Shown in pieces: positions 12,646-24,452 of a DNA stretch of 64,000 nt. Under the pieces are notes generated by a model. It had not been told where the DNA came from. It saw only the letters and a list, made by a program, of their open reading frames with translations, and ran no database searches. Each line of letters opens with the position of its first letter. The first letter of the stretch is position 1. This stretch comes from Balamuthia mandrillaris (lineage: Eukaryota), in contig JAVKOQ020000025.1 in assembly GCA_031835245.2 (NCBI GenBank), positions 124,001-188,000 on the forward strand, given 5' to 3'. A program made the translations under genes and the position numbers.

Positions 12646-13877
12646 ATGCGGAAGCAGGCTTCGAAACATAATTTTTGCATCCTGTCGGCCCCACCACCAT
12701 CTCTGCGGGCCACGAGGTCAACAGCTCCAGCAGCGCTCGACCGTGTGACCTTCTCTGTCCCCCCGCCACCCGTTTGCACAGAGACATGTAAATCTTTTCT
12801 GCTACTTTTTTTTCTTCTCCTATGCTATGCCACTACTCCTCCTCCTCATGTTTTCTAATGGGGGTTTTTTTTTTGGGGGGGAATGGTGGTGGGGATCTCA
12901 AACAGACCTTCAGACCTCTTGCTTGGACAAGTGGAGCCTGCCAAAGCTGCCGCGCAAGCGAACGAGAAAGGCCAAACAGAAAAGTAGAGCTTCTCCGCAC
13001 CCTTTGGAGAGGTATGCAGGCGCATCGTCCTCTCCTGCCCCTTCTTCGTTGGTCACTGGGGACGCAACACAGCCACACCAGAGGGAGCATCCTCCTGCGG
13101 CTGGCCCACGTTCGCTCCGTGTTGCACGTCGTCGCTACTTGGACCCACGGCCTTGCACGCTCGATAGGGAGGGCCTCCACGTGGCCGCGGACCTGTTCGG
13201 CGGCACGGCTGTGCAGCTGTTTGCCACGGCACTGCCAGCCCATCTCCACGAGCAGATGCTTGCCTCCATCACCCCACTTGCCGCAACGCAACGGCCGAAT
13301 GTCAGGAAACGAAGCCGCTCGCGGCAGCAAGGAGGAGCCACCTACAGGTTCGGCTGGGCCTTGCAGTACTCAGGTACCCCAAGACCCATACGCGGCACCG
13401 AGGCGGCAGCCGCTCAAAACTGGCTGCAAGAGAACCGGCCCGTGTTCCGAGTGGTGCATGAGCTGCTGAAGGAGCACTTTCCAGAGCTATGCTCGATTTT
13501 GGAGGGGAACAGTGCTTTCATCGCTGACAATCCCATTTCTCCATTCGGTACGGCGTTCCCATCCCGCGTTTCATTCCTTTTCTTTGCAAAGAACTGAACT
13601 CGCTTGCTCTCTAGCGACAGTGGTTGTGAACGTGGACTTTGCTGTGGAGCCTCACCGCAACAAAAACGATTACAAAGAAGGGCTTGCCGTGGTCATACCT
13701 CTCGGTGACTTTACGGGTGGCCAACTGTTTTTCCCAGAGATAAACGTGACGGTGAACACCCAGCCCGGTGACGTTGTTGCCTTTCGCAGCGCACGGCTGA
13801 CGCACTCCGTTTTGCCTTACGTCGGCACAAGGCATTCTGTAATTCTGTTCACACAGGATAATATGATCAAAGTGTAA
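12646..13877 (+). CDS. TET/JBP-family-like Fe(II)/2OG dioxygenase with HxN in place of HxD
   Basis: Splicing ~13548-13614 gives PFATVVVNVDFAVEPHRNKND...VVIPLGDFTGGQLFFPEINVTVNTQPGDVVAFRSARLTHSVLPYVGTRHSVILF. This follows the TET/JBP DSBH order (F-T-x-x-V-N, HxD-x-x-D, GG-x-L-x-x-P, PGD, distal H, R-x-S). The 5' start is tentative. Confidence 0.7.
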
Positions 13878-13985
13878 CCCCTAAACGCTTGTTTTCTGTT
13901 CTTCTCAGCCTTCATCTCGAGCGAGAGAGAGAGAGAGAGAGAGGAGAGAGGAGTAGAGATGCAACAACCTTATTCATTGGATGGT

Positions 13986-14137
13986 TCAATAAATGATGGA
14001 AGGGAAGTAGATGCGGCCCTTCAACGGAGGGCTGTATTCGCCACGGACCATGAGCTCCTCGTTCCTCGTTAGCTTCCATCCCCAAGCAAGGCATCTGTTC
14101 CGGTTCCCAAACAAACAACGCCAGTGAGCTACTTTAA

Positions 14138-14171
<34 letters not shown>

Positions 14172-15409
14172 AATGCAACGAGCACAGATAACGAAAATAA
14201 AAAAGAAAGAAGAGAAAAGAGAGGAGAGAAAAAAAAGAACTGTAAAAAAGAGGGAGGAAAAACAAGTTACCGCCGAAAGAGTTGGGGGTGTTGGATCTTG
14301 GGAACGTGCACAAATAATTTCTCTCCTGTCATCAACAATGAAGAAGAAGAATCTTCTCCTTCCCCTGTTGTTGTGGTTGACGGCTCTCTGGCTTTCCTCT
14401 CTTCACTCAGTTTTCGTCTTTGCTCAAATTCTTCCTTCAATGCGTGGAGCAAGAGCCATTCCCATTGTTCCTCCGTTTGTGCGATGCTCCAACTCATCAC
14501 ATCGAAGCCAGTCATGCATGCTTCCACTTGCCAAGTTGACGATTGTTCTTCTACTTCATTTTGAAGGACTTCGAGAACATATAGCTGAACGGATAGATTA
14601 ATCCCTTTCTCGTACCAACTTAAGAGTTCTCTAAGATCGTAACCTCTGTTAACGCCTGTTGAGAGATATATATTTAAAGTCAGCAGGAAAGTAGAGAGCG
14701 AAAAGAAAGAGAAGAGTAAAGAGAACGAGAGAACTAGATGCGAGAAGAAATGAAAGAATGGAGAAAGAGGAGCACAAGGGTATGACCAAGAGTCTCTTTT
14801 GCCAATCTCTCGCAGGAAGGAATGTCCTCCCTAGTTAACCGTCGAATGCGAACGGTAGGAGGGGGAGGGTTCACGTTTTCTGTTGGCATAGAAGTGACCT
14901 GCATCAAAGCCATTGCCTCCTTCACATCAAAGCCAAAAGAGGCATACAAGGAAAGGGCAGAAAGTTTATGCGAGTCCACTACTAATCTTTTGTGTGTTTG
15001 TGTTCGTTTTGTATTTGTTGGAAAAAAAAGTGAGCTGAAGTAAACGTGAGTAGTAACGAGTGGACGATAATGAGGAACTTGAGAGCATAACGCAAGTAGA
15101 AGAACAATGAGGGACAACGGATGGTACCGAAGAGATTTGGTTTGTGGATGGGCTTGTTGGATAATGGCCTCCATCAGCAACCGACCAGCACCGCTAGAAG
15201 CACATCCGATGAAAGCGAACAAGATAGAGGCAGGAGAGAGAGAAGAGAGAAAGAGGGAGAAGCATAGAAAGAGAGAAACAAAGAGGCAGAGAAGACAACA
15301 CGCGAAGCAGACAAGAGAGATAAACAGAGAAGCAGACAGAAAATGGATGAGTGAGAGAGAGAGAGAGAGAGAGAGAGGAGCAGAAGAGAGGAAGAGAGAG
15401 TGAGAGAGG

Positions 15410-15443
<34 letters not shown>

Positions 15444-15454
15444 GAGGGTGAGAT

Positions 15455-15487
<33 letters not shown>

Positions 15488-15981
15488 CGAGAGGGGAGGG
15501 AGAGTGAGAGAGTGAGAGAGAAAGGTATTTCCGCTCCTACCGTCCTTGGCACTCGGGCAACACTGAGACCGGGCCAATGGTCTGCACGCCGTCGTCCAAC
15601 GGGCTAATAAAGTTCACCGCAACAAGCTGCTCCTCCACCGAATTCTTCTCTTCTCCTTCTCCCTCGCATAAAACCGCCACGCCATCGTTGAAAGCGTCCT
15701 CCACGATTTGATCGCAGATCTGTCGGTCTGCTAAATCTTGAAAGAATCCACTCGACCTTTTGTTTTGAGTGTGTTGATTTTTTTTTAATGAGTAGCGAAA
15801 AAGTAGTGAGAAAAAAAGTAATGAAGATGAGTTACTGTTGATCAGCACTGAAAGCTCGCCACATGACGTAGCCGCTTTGCTTCACCACCTCTTGGCGAGA
15901 CCATCCCTTCTCTCGCAGCAGCTCCGGCAAAACGACCGCTCGAAGCGTTCCTCCTCTCCTTCTTCTCTCCTCCCCCTTCAT
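13986..15981 (-). CDS. Bacterial-type two-domain GNAT N-acetyltransferase, multi-exon
   Basis: Spliced motifs IGPVSVLPECQGRGAGRLLMEAII (acetyl-CoA Q/RxxGxG), LSALSLYASFGF, VRIRRLTREDIPSCERL, and C-terminus LFRRCLAWGWKL...LMVRGEYSPP...YFPSIIY*. Confidence 0.8.
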
Positions 15982-16841
15982 CTTTTTTTCTTTCGTTTTT
16001 CTTGGAATTTAAAATATTTGACGAAGCCGAGCTGATGTCATCTAAGTTATTTAAGGCATGTTTGGTATTTGTCGACAACAAAAAATATCGAGAATTTCAG
16101 GTATGTGTCGACATTTTACCGGAAACTTCAGAATTTTACTGCGGCACAAAAAAAATTGCAGGTTAGAGTGGGGTATGTGGGAGCGTTTCCTTCAAAACAA
16201 TGTTTTGAAACGTTACCGTTTTCTGAATTTCCAATACCTCAGCTCTTACGGTATGTACGGTTGTTCGGCAAACAACAAAGACAAACCGTCCAGTCACCAA
16301 CCATGTCCGTAGCTACAGAGTATTTTCTTTAGAACCGATGTACTTGGGAGTGATGTTTCTGAACCAGGCGTTCGCGGATGCTTAAAAAGTCAACGCACTT
16401 TCCCTAAGAGTGCGCCATCGTTTTCATCAATGTAATGAGCAAACAACACTTACTAAGTACCATCTAGATTACTTCCTTTGCGCAAATAGGGAAACGGGGT
16501 GATTGTCGCAGAGTGCATTTATTTCTGAGAGGAACAACAACTGATAAATGAAAAATAGAGAAAGAAAAGAAAAAATTATTTGGGGTATGTTTCGAAACTA
16601 CGGCGAACTGTAACGCTGTTCGCGATGTGTCCACAATTCGTTGTAATAGAAAATTTCCGTACTCGTATTTTTCTCTCCTGCCACAGTTCCGTTCCTTAGA
16701 GGAGAGCTTTCGTAGCGCAACCGGTATTTCTGCTCGTCATAGTGAGATCATAAGACAGCAATCCACGAGAGAATGACAGAAGTTAACGGGAGATTGAATC
16801 TGTGAACAACAGTAAGAATAACATGATGCCAAAGAGAAGTG

Positions 16842-16884
<43 letters not shown>

Positions 16885-16911
16885 TGCGCTGAACAACACA
16901 GGGCGCAAAGT

Positions 16912-18267
16912 TTATTTTTTTCTATAAAATCTTTTCTTATTTGTGCCGTTTTTACCTCTTGCAAACCGTTTTTCAGGGCATCCGTTCTCTTCGATCCATT
17001 GCGCCACCTCCCAGTGTTTGCGCTGTTTAGCAAGTTCCAAAGTTTTGTGACTCCATGGACAGCCGTTCGCTCTGGCCCATTGCAAAACCGCCAGTTGGCC
17101 GTTCCTGGCAGCGATGTCACAGAGCCGTAGGCCCAAAGAAATGTCGTTGGCTTTGGCCCACTGCAAGACCTCCAAATGCCCGTTCTTGGCTGCATAGTCG
17201 CAAATGGGAGAGTCGAGAGAACATCCATTCTCTTTGAGCCATTGTAGCACGTTCAGATGGCCGTTCAAGGCAGCATTCGCTGTGGCATATGAATTCCAAT
17301 CGCATCCATTGGCTCTAGCCCATTTCAAGACCTCCAAGTGCCCGTTCTTAGCTGCAAAAGTGCATATCCTATCGTCCCACGGGCATCCTTTTGCTCTGGC
17401 CCATTGCAAGACTTTAAGGTGGCCCTTTGTGGCCGCAAAGATGCAAGTCTGGTCATCCCATGGGCAGCCGTTCGCTCTGGCCCATTGCAAGACCTTCAAT
17501 TGTCCGCCCCTAGCTGCAAAGGCACAGGTCAGTTCATCCCAAGGACAGTTGTTCATGAGCAGCCATTGCAACACCTCCAGGTGACCCTTCTTTGCAGCGT
17601 AGGCGGCAGTCATCTCGTCCCAATTGCATCCATTCTCACGCGCCCATTGCAAAAGGTCCAAACGGCCATGCTTTGCGGCCATGTGACAAGTATATTCGCC
17701 ACTTGGGCAGCCAGCGTCCTTCAGCCATTGCAACACCTCCCAATGACCGTTCAAGGCAGCTTGAATGCATGTTTCTTCATTCCAACGACAGCGGTGCTCT
17801 TTAGCCCATTGCAAGACTTTAAAATGGCCCTTCATCGCAGCGTTGATGGAAGTCCGTTCGTTCCAGCGGCACTTGTTCCCTCTGGCCCATTGCAGCACCT
17901 CTAGATGGCCGTTCAAGGCAGCATTGGAGCAAGTTTCTTCATTCCAGGGGCAGCCGTTCTGTCTGGCCCACTGCAACACCTCCAAATGGCCCAGCCGTGC
18001 AGCCATGGCACACACCTCCGGCTTCCAAGGACAGCCGTTAGCTTTGGCCCATTGTAACGTGGTCACGGAGGAGCAAGCCCACCGCAAAAAGAACCGTCCC
18101 GATCGCAAGGAAGGGGGGCTGCAGGCAAACCAGCGTCGGCAAGCGAGGGCCGCTGGGGCCACGTTCTCCTCGGGAAGCTGCTCCAGTATTTGGGAAAGTA
18201 CCTCCTCCGGCAAGTCTTCTATACTGAGCGCAGCAGTCGATTGAGTCTCGTGTGTTTGCTTTTCCAT
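16912..18267 (-). CDS. Intronless F-box + 25-aa ankyrin-like repeat protein (GCPW type)
   Basis: N-terminal F-box IEDLPEEVLSQILEQL...ACRRW, then ~14 tandem repeats of consensus TCxxAAxxGHLEVLQWARANGCPWD; a single 451-aa ORF. Confidence 0.92.
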   Translation of the reverse strand: MEKQTHETQSTAALSIEDLPEEVLSQILEQLPEENVAPAALACRRWFACSPPSLRSGRFFLRWACSSVTTLQWAKANGCPWKPEVCAMAARLGHLEVLQWARQNGCPWNEETCSNAALNGHLEVLQWARGNKCRWNERTSINAAMKGHFKVLQWAKEHRCRWNEETCIQAALNGHWEVLQWLKDAGCPSGEYTCHMAAKHGRLDLLQWARENGCNWDEMTAAYAAKKGHLEVLQWLLMNNCPWDELTCAFAARGGQLKVLQWARANGCPWDDQTCIFAATKGHLKVLQWARAKGCPWDDRICTFAAKNGHLEVLKWARANGCDWNSYATANAALNGHLNVLQWLKENGCSLDSPICDYAAKNGHLEVLQWAKANDISLGLRLCDIAARNGQLAVLQWARANGCPWSHKTLELAKQRKHWEVAQWIEENGCPEKRFARGKNGTNKKRFYRKK

Positions 18268-19049
18268 TAGGGCGTTTTGTTTTCGCCACTAAAGGACCCA
18301 AGTAAACGCTTCTTTTTTTGTTTCTTCCTTGTATTCGACCTTTATTACTAAATTGCACTATCAATAATTTACACGTGCTTGAAGAAAAGAAAAAAGAGTT
18401 CCACGGGTAAACAAAGAGAGGAGAAAGAAACATGGAAGACCTCTTCGTAGTCGTCTTACGTTGCCTAAGCAGCAGGACGAGACCAGCAACAGGAGAGGAT
18501 AGAAAGAAATGCGAGGAGAAAGAGAGTGGGTAATGTATTGTTCCTTTCGGCGTGCGTGGAGAAAGAGAGGTGGGTGATGTATCGTTCCCTTTGGCGTTTT
18601 TAGTTTTTTAAGGAAAAGCCTCTATCTTCTCCTTATGCCTTAAGTGGGGAACAACATTTGAAAATTCAAATACAGCGGAACCATTCTGGTTGCATTATTC
18701 GAAGTAAAGTGAGACGGGCCGTCGCGAGTGTGGATTGGTGCTATAGAGCGACAGAAATATTGCACATGAAAGCCTAAAAGGAAAGTTAAACGAGCGACTT
18801 TAATGAAGACAATAAGAAACGTAAGCGGGCCAGCCTCGGCCAGATCATGAAGCGGAAGAGAGATAGTTTTATCGGCGGACACTTGTGCTGTGGGAATGTT
18901 CCTTGTGAAGGTTCAATTTTAAAATAAGAAATGATTCTCTCCGAGTAATGCATTACATTTGTCTTATTTTTTTAAAAAGTTTATTTTATCATTCGCGCAC
19001 ACCCCACAAAAACAGCACACGACGTGCGTAAGACAAAACTAGCATAAGC

Positions 19050-21566
19050 ATGGTGTCCTGTTCCAACTGTCGAGAATCGCACACGGCTTGCAACAATGGT
19101 TACTTTTTCTTTTTTCTTATATTTTTTTTGCTCTTATATTGACGTTATAGCTTCGTATGTCTTTTTTTTTTTTTTTTGCTTTCTTTCCATCTTTTGCCAA
19201 CAAATCAAACAGAACGACCGTGCAAACGGTGCGTGAAAACAGGAAGAGCAGCCACGTGTCGAGACGCCGTAGCCAAAAAGAGAGGCCGCAAACGAACCGG
19301 CCCTGCCGCCCTCATCGACGATACCCTTGACAGTTTCAGTTCGCTGCCAAGTTTTTCTTTCTCTCCCTCAACCTGTGCTTCTGGCTCTGTTTCTTCCTCT
19401 TCCTCTTCGCCGGCAGTTCCGCCCGTTCTTTTTATTCATGGCGGCAGTCAAAACTTGAAACCTCCCTCTCAACCCGTTTCTTCTCAAGCTTCTTACTCAA
19501 CCCCATTTATTCCTTCTCCTTCTACCACTACTGCTGCTGCCACTGCTCTTCCTTTCGACCCATTGGTCCCGCCTTCCTCCTCTGCCTCTTCTTCTTCCGG
19601 CCATTTTATTCCAGCAACAGCACCACTGATGGCGGTGCCCGATGAGGCGGGCGAGCTCTCTCCTCGCTCGGCATTTATTTATGACCCGACCCCCTCCTCC
19701 TCCTCTGCGGCTGCTTCTGGCTCTTCCTCTGCTGCAACGTCTCCCCGCTCTCCTCGTCCTCCTGCAGCTCTTTCCTTCGTTCAAATCCATGAAGCCGCAC
19801 AAAGAGAATCGCAACAACAACAGCAGCAGCAGCAACAACAACAACAGGAAGAGGAGCAACACCTCTTTTCTTCGTCCCCTCTGTCTTCGTCGTGCTGTTC
19901 GACGTCGTCGTTGATTGACTCTCATTCTTCCTCTCCGCAGTATCATTCCTTTGAGGAAGGAGAACAAACAGAGGAAGCGCAGCATCAATATCAACAAAGA
20001 CAAGCAGAAGACTACACGTCCTCCGAAAGCGAACGAAAGAGAAGAAGAGAACGAACCAATTCTTCGTCCTTTTCAACGACTCAACACGATCCACCACATC
20101 AACACTTTCCTCACCAAGAGCTACAAGGAGGTCCAATCATGATGATGATGATGAACTCCTTGCAAAGCATGTTCAAAGGTCTGTTGAAGGAAAGCATGGA
20201 GGGCATGAAGAACGAGCTCAGCGAACTTAGGGCGCTCCTCGTGCAAAACCAAAAGGACATCCAAGAGCTGAAGAGTTCTCTGTTGCCGCCTCCTTCCATT
20301 CCCTCTGAAGTGATTCCTCTCTCCGAGAGCGACAACGAAGATGAAGTCGAGTTGGAACAAACAGAGAGAAAAGAGGAAGAAGGAAGAGAGGAAGATCTTC
20401 TTCCTGTCATCTCTCGCCCTTCGGTGAATGTTGCTTTTGCTCGCAACATTTATCAACACCACCACCCTCTGTTCCGTGTTAACACCAACAACTCTCTGAA
20501 CGATCACTTATTTTCCTCGTTCGTGAGCTCCTCTGGTTTTGCTTCCTCTGGTTTCAACGCTGCTGCTCCTTCCTTCTTCAATGCTTCTTCCAATTATCGT
20601 AAAAGACTGCCTTGCCCTCCTTCTTATTCATACGCTTCCTCTGCTTCGATGCCTTCGTACTCTTCCGCTCCACCGCCATCCGCTTCATCTCTTCCCTCCT
20701 CTGCCTCGTCATCTGCTTCTTCATCCGCATCTGCCTCCTCTTCCATTCCAGCAGCAGAGAATTGTTGCATCTCTTCAGACAAACACCCGCTGCCGCCCTG
20801 GTTGGCCACCTACCAACAGACCATCACCTCCAAGCCGTTTCTCATCATCCACAACGAGTTCTCCCAGAAGAATCGTATCGCTATGTCTAACAAAGCTTTC
20901 GGAGCTGTGTTTGGCATTAAGATTGTGCGTCTTCTCTCTTTGTATTTATGTTCTGTTTTTATTGACTGAGACAAACAAAACACAAAACGAACAGGAACAA
21001 CTTATGGACAAGCCAGCGGACATCATCCGAGACCTCTTCCTTACGTCAAAGTCGGATGGGCGGCTCTTCTTCGGCAATGTGGAATTTTACAAGAGGCCGC
21101 GTGGCAATTTGCTCAAGTTTAGCGTTAACACTCGTTCTTTCAATGGTATATGCTTCACTTCTCTTCTCTTCTGTTCTCTCTTTTCTTCTCTTCTAACCAT
21201 CAAATACAAATATACTTAACAGGAAAAAACAAGTTGAACCTTGACGTCTCTCTTCAACGATTCTTGGGGGAGACCGGCATTCAATGGTCCGTTCTTATCA
21301 TAGAAAGTTGCCGTTCCACTCCTTTGTCTTCCTCTTCCTCCTCCTCTTCAACTGCTGCCTCCTCTTCCTTCGGCAACAAAGACAACTACTTCTCCAAAGA
21401 GCAACCATCGGATGCCCCTTCTCCATCTTGGATGAAGGAATATCCGGTGATGCACGATGCACCGTTGGGTGACGATGAAGACGCCTCAGCACACTTTATG
21501 GATGCCTCCTATGGAGCCGCTTCTCCCTCCATGTTTCCTCTCTCTCCAAACTTCTTCTCTTGTTGA
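19050..21566 (+). CDS. Zn2Cys6 binuclear-cluster transcription factor with low-complexity middle, coiled coil and possible PAS-like C-terminal domain
   Basis: Exons 1+2 give MVSCSNCRESHTACNNERPCKRCVKTGRAATCRDAVAKKRGRK (C-x2-C-x6-C-x5-C-x2-C-x8-C). C-terminal PFLII...RIAMSNKAFGAVFGIKIEQLMDKP is PAS-like. Confidence 0.85.
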
Positions 21567-21701
21567 ATGAAGAGGAAAAGAGAGAGCAACATAACAAAAA
21601 AAAAATGTGAATAACTATTTTAAACAAAATACATATTTAAACCTTTTTTTTTTAAGTTTTAAGCCAAGTTTTAATACTTGCTATCTTTCTTTCCTTCCTT
21701 C

Positions 21702-23952
21702 TTATTCCTCCTTGGAAGAAGAAGCAAGCCTACCAGAAGACGACACGCCAAAGCAAAAGGCCAAGGCAGGATCGGGAACGCCATAGTCGTTGTGCGTGAT
21801 GAACGTACCGGCCGGCAAAGCGGCGGTTGCCTTGTCGCTGTAAGCACCCACCGCCCAAACGCTCACCCTACCGAAGCTGCCACCGCTGTCCTTGTCGCAC
21901 CACAACCACCCTGCTCTTTTGCCTTTCATCCTGTATGTTCCTGGTACCAACAAAGCTGTGCGTATTCAAATAAGAAGAACGATATGAGGAGAGCAAAAAA
22001 GAAAAAGAGAAGCGAACGAGAGGAGAACGTACAGTTGTGGACGCAACGGAACCTATCAACGGCATCGGCAGGCGGTGCCTTATCATCCTTTGACTGAGAG
22101 ATGATGTGACCGACGGCCGTGTAGCCAGGCAGGGGAAGAGGCTCCCAAATGGAGATACCTTTCTTCTTGTTGATGCTGCATTTGGTGCCTGTGCCTCGGC
22201 TGTCCCACACCTTCTTGTAGCTTATCGGCTTCGTCAACAAAGGCTCTACAGAAGAGAATGTTATGCTATTTAACAAAAGAAGAAAGAAAAAAAAAGAAGC
22301 AAGTTAAAATGGAGTACCTTTGTTGCCTTCTTCCTCTCTAACAACAACGCAGCTGCAGTTCCAACTGTTGCTGCGTTTGTTGTTGAGGCAAACGTCGCCC
22401 AAGAAGAAGTAGCCGGGCGGAGGCACCGGGCGCCAGAACGAACCGTCCTGAATGGAGCCCGTGCCTCGATCGTCCCATAGCTTGACAAATATGGTGCCCA
22501 GCTGCACCGAAAGTCCTCCTACTCCATCTTCGTTGCTGAACCAAACGTTTGAGCATCGTTCTGCATTTTCGTTTGTCGTATAGTCGTTTAAATAATAAAT
22601 GATGAATAAATGTTATAACAGATAAAGCAAGAAAGTAAGGGAGAGAGGGAATGTGGAATTGTTACCATTGATGGCCTTAAAGTTCCACACTTCTTCGGGT
22701 TCCAGTCCAGAGTGCTCAGAGCCTATGTGCATGACAAAGTCATTTGAAAGAAACACAAAGAAAAAAAAAACATTAAAACAGAAACAGTGATATACCAGCA
22801 GGACTGGGAATACAGTTCTCGTGAGTCATACGCGGCTCCCTGATCGTATAAAACCTCTTCATGGCGGGTCCATAGGGTCCATTGCCCTCCAGGAAAGTGC
22901 CTCCAGCGTTCTTCTTCATCCTCACCTTACCCCAATCGCCGTTGAAGCGAAGCCACAACAAGGAGGGACAGTCCTCGATGGTCGCCTCTTCGCGGGGGCG
23001 GAGGAGCACGATCTTCTTCCAGGTTTGCCAGCGAACGCCGGCGTCGTCGGTCTCATCGTCGATAGGAGTGACCAGTTGGAAGTTGCCAAACTTGGCTCGT
23101 TTGTGACGACCCGCATTTCTGTTGTTTAAACAAAAAATAAGAGCAAGAATCAGACATACAAAAGAGAGAAAGAAAAGAAGAACAAGAACAAGGAGAATGA
23201 GAAGCAGAAGAACGAGAAGGAAGAAGAAGAAGAAGAAGAAGAAGAAGAAGAACAAGAAGAAGAAGATGCATAAGAAGAAGAGAATGAAGGAGAAGAACAA
23301 GAAGAACTAGAACGAACAAAACAAAAACTAACATACGGTTTAACAGCATGACTACACTTGGAAGAGTAGACAATAGGATGCGTTCCATTCGTCAGTTTGT
23401 AACCATCGTTGGCAGAGGCGGAGTTGCTGCTGGCCACATCCGTGTACCATCTTCCCTCATTACCGTGCGAGTCCATGAAGATGGCCAGAATGGCCTCGGT
23501 ACTGGCCGAGATGCGGACGGTGATGTGCTCCCAGTCGCCCTCATGCACGCCCGCTGTGGGGATGAGACGAGGAAGCAAAGGCCCGTTGTGTGCATAGAAG
23601 AAGAAGTATTGCAGGTCCAACTATAAGCGTTGGGAGTTAAAGAAAGCACGAAACATAGAAAAGAATAGAATAGAATAGACAAACCTCATCACCATAAAGA
23701 AGGGCATTCACATAGACAGGCACTTGCCCATTGGCCGTCTCCTCCTTTTGTCCGAATTGCGTGTCTGGAAAGCTGTCGTCCAAACGTCTCATGTAGAAGC
23801 GAGAGCCATTCCCGATGGGAGTCCCATCGGAGATGCGGCGGTTCTTCTCGATGCCGCTGCTGAAGCGGTATCCGTCAAACTCAAACGATTGTGAAACCAA
23901 CCTGATAGCATTTGTTTTAAGAGATCAGCAAAGAAGGAAGAAAAAGAACATG

Positions 23953-23998
<46 letters not shown>

Positions 23999-24407
23999 GA
24001 GAAACAAGAAACAATAAGAGGAAGAGAAAGAGAAAGACCAAAAGCAGAAGAAGAAGAACGAAGAAGAAGAAGAAGAACAAGAACAAGAAGAACAAGAACA
24101 AGAAGAAGAACAAGAAGAACACGAAGAAGAAAAAGAAAAAAGAAGAACATGAACAAGAACGCGCACAAGCAACAAAGAAGAAGAACAACAAGAAGAACAA
24201 GAAAATGAAAAGGAAACACAAACATAGCATGTTATAAACAACAACGAACCGTATTATATCTTCTTCGGTGCTGCCAACTTTCTCAATAATAATAGGATCG
24301 CTATCGCCTTTGCCGGTATTAAACCTCTATTATTTTAAAAGCCCAATATAGATCAATATAGCGCCCATAAGAAAAGAAAGAGAAGAAGCGAACAGAAAGC
24401 TCAGAGA

Positions 24408-24452
<45 letters not shown>

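Noticed and set aside
17000..18100. 75-bp periodic repeats as a CRISPR-like array, and the plus-strand ORFs over them
   Set aside because: The periodicity is explained by 25-aa coding repeats on the minus strand; there is no repeat-spacer structure and no cas genes.
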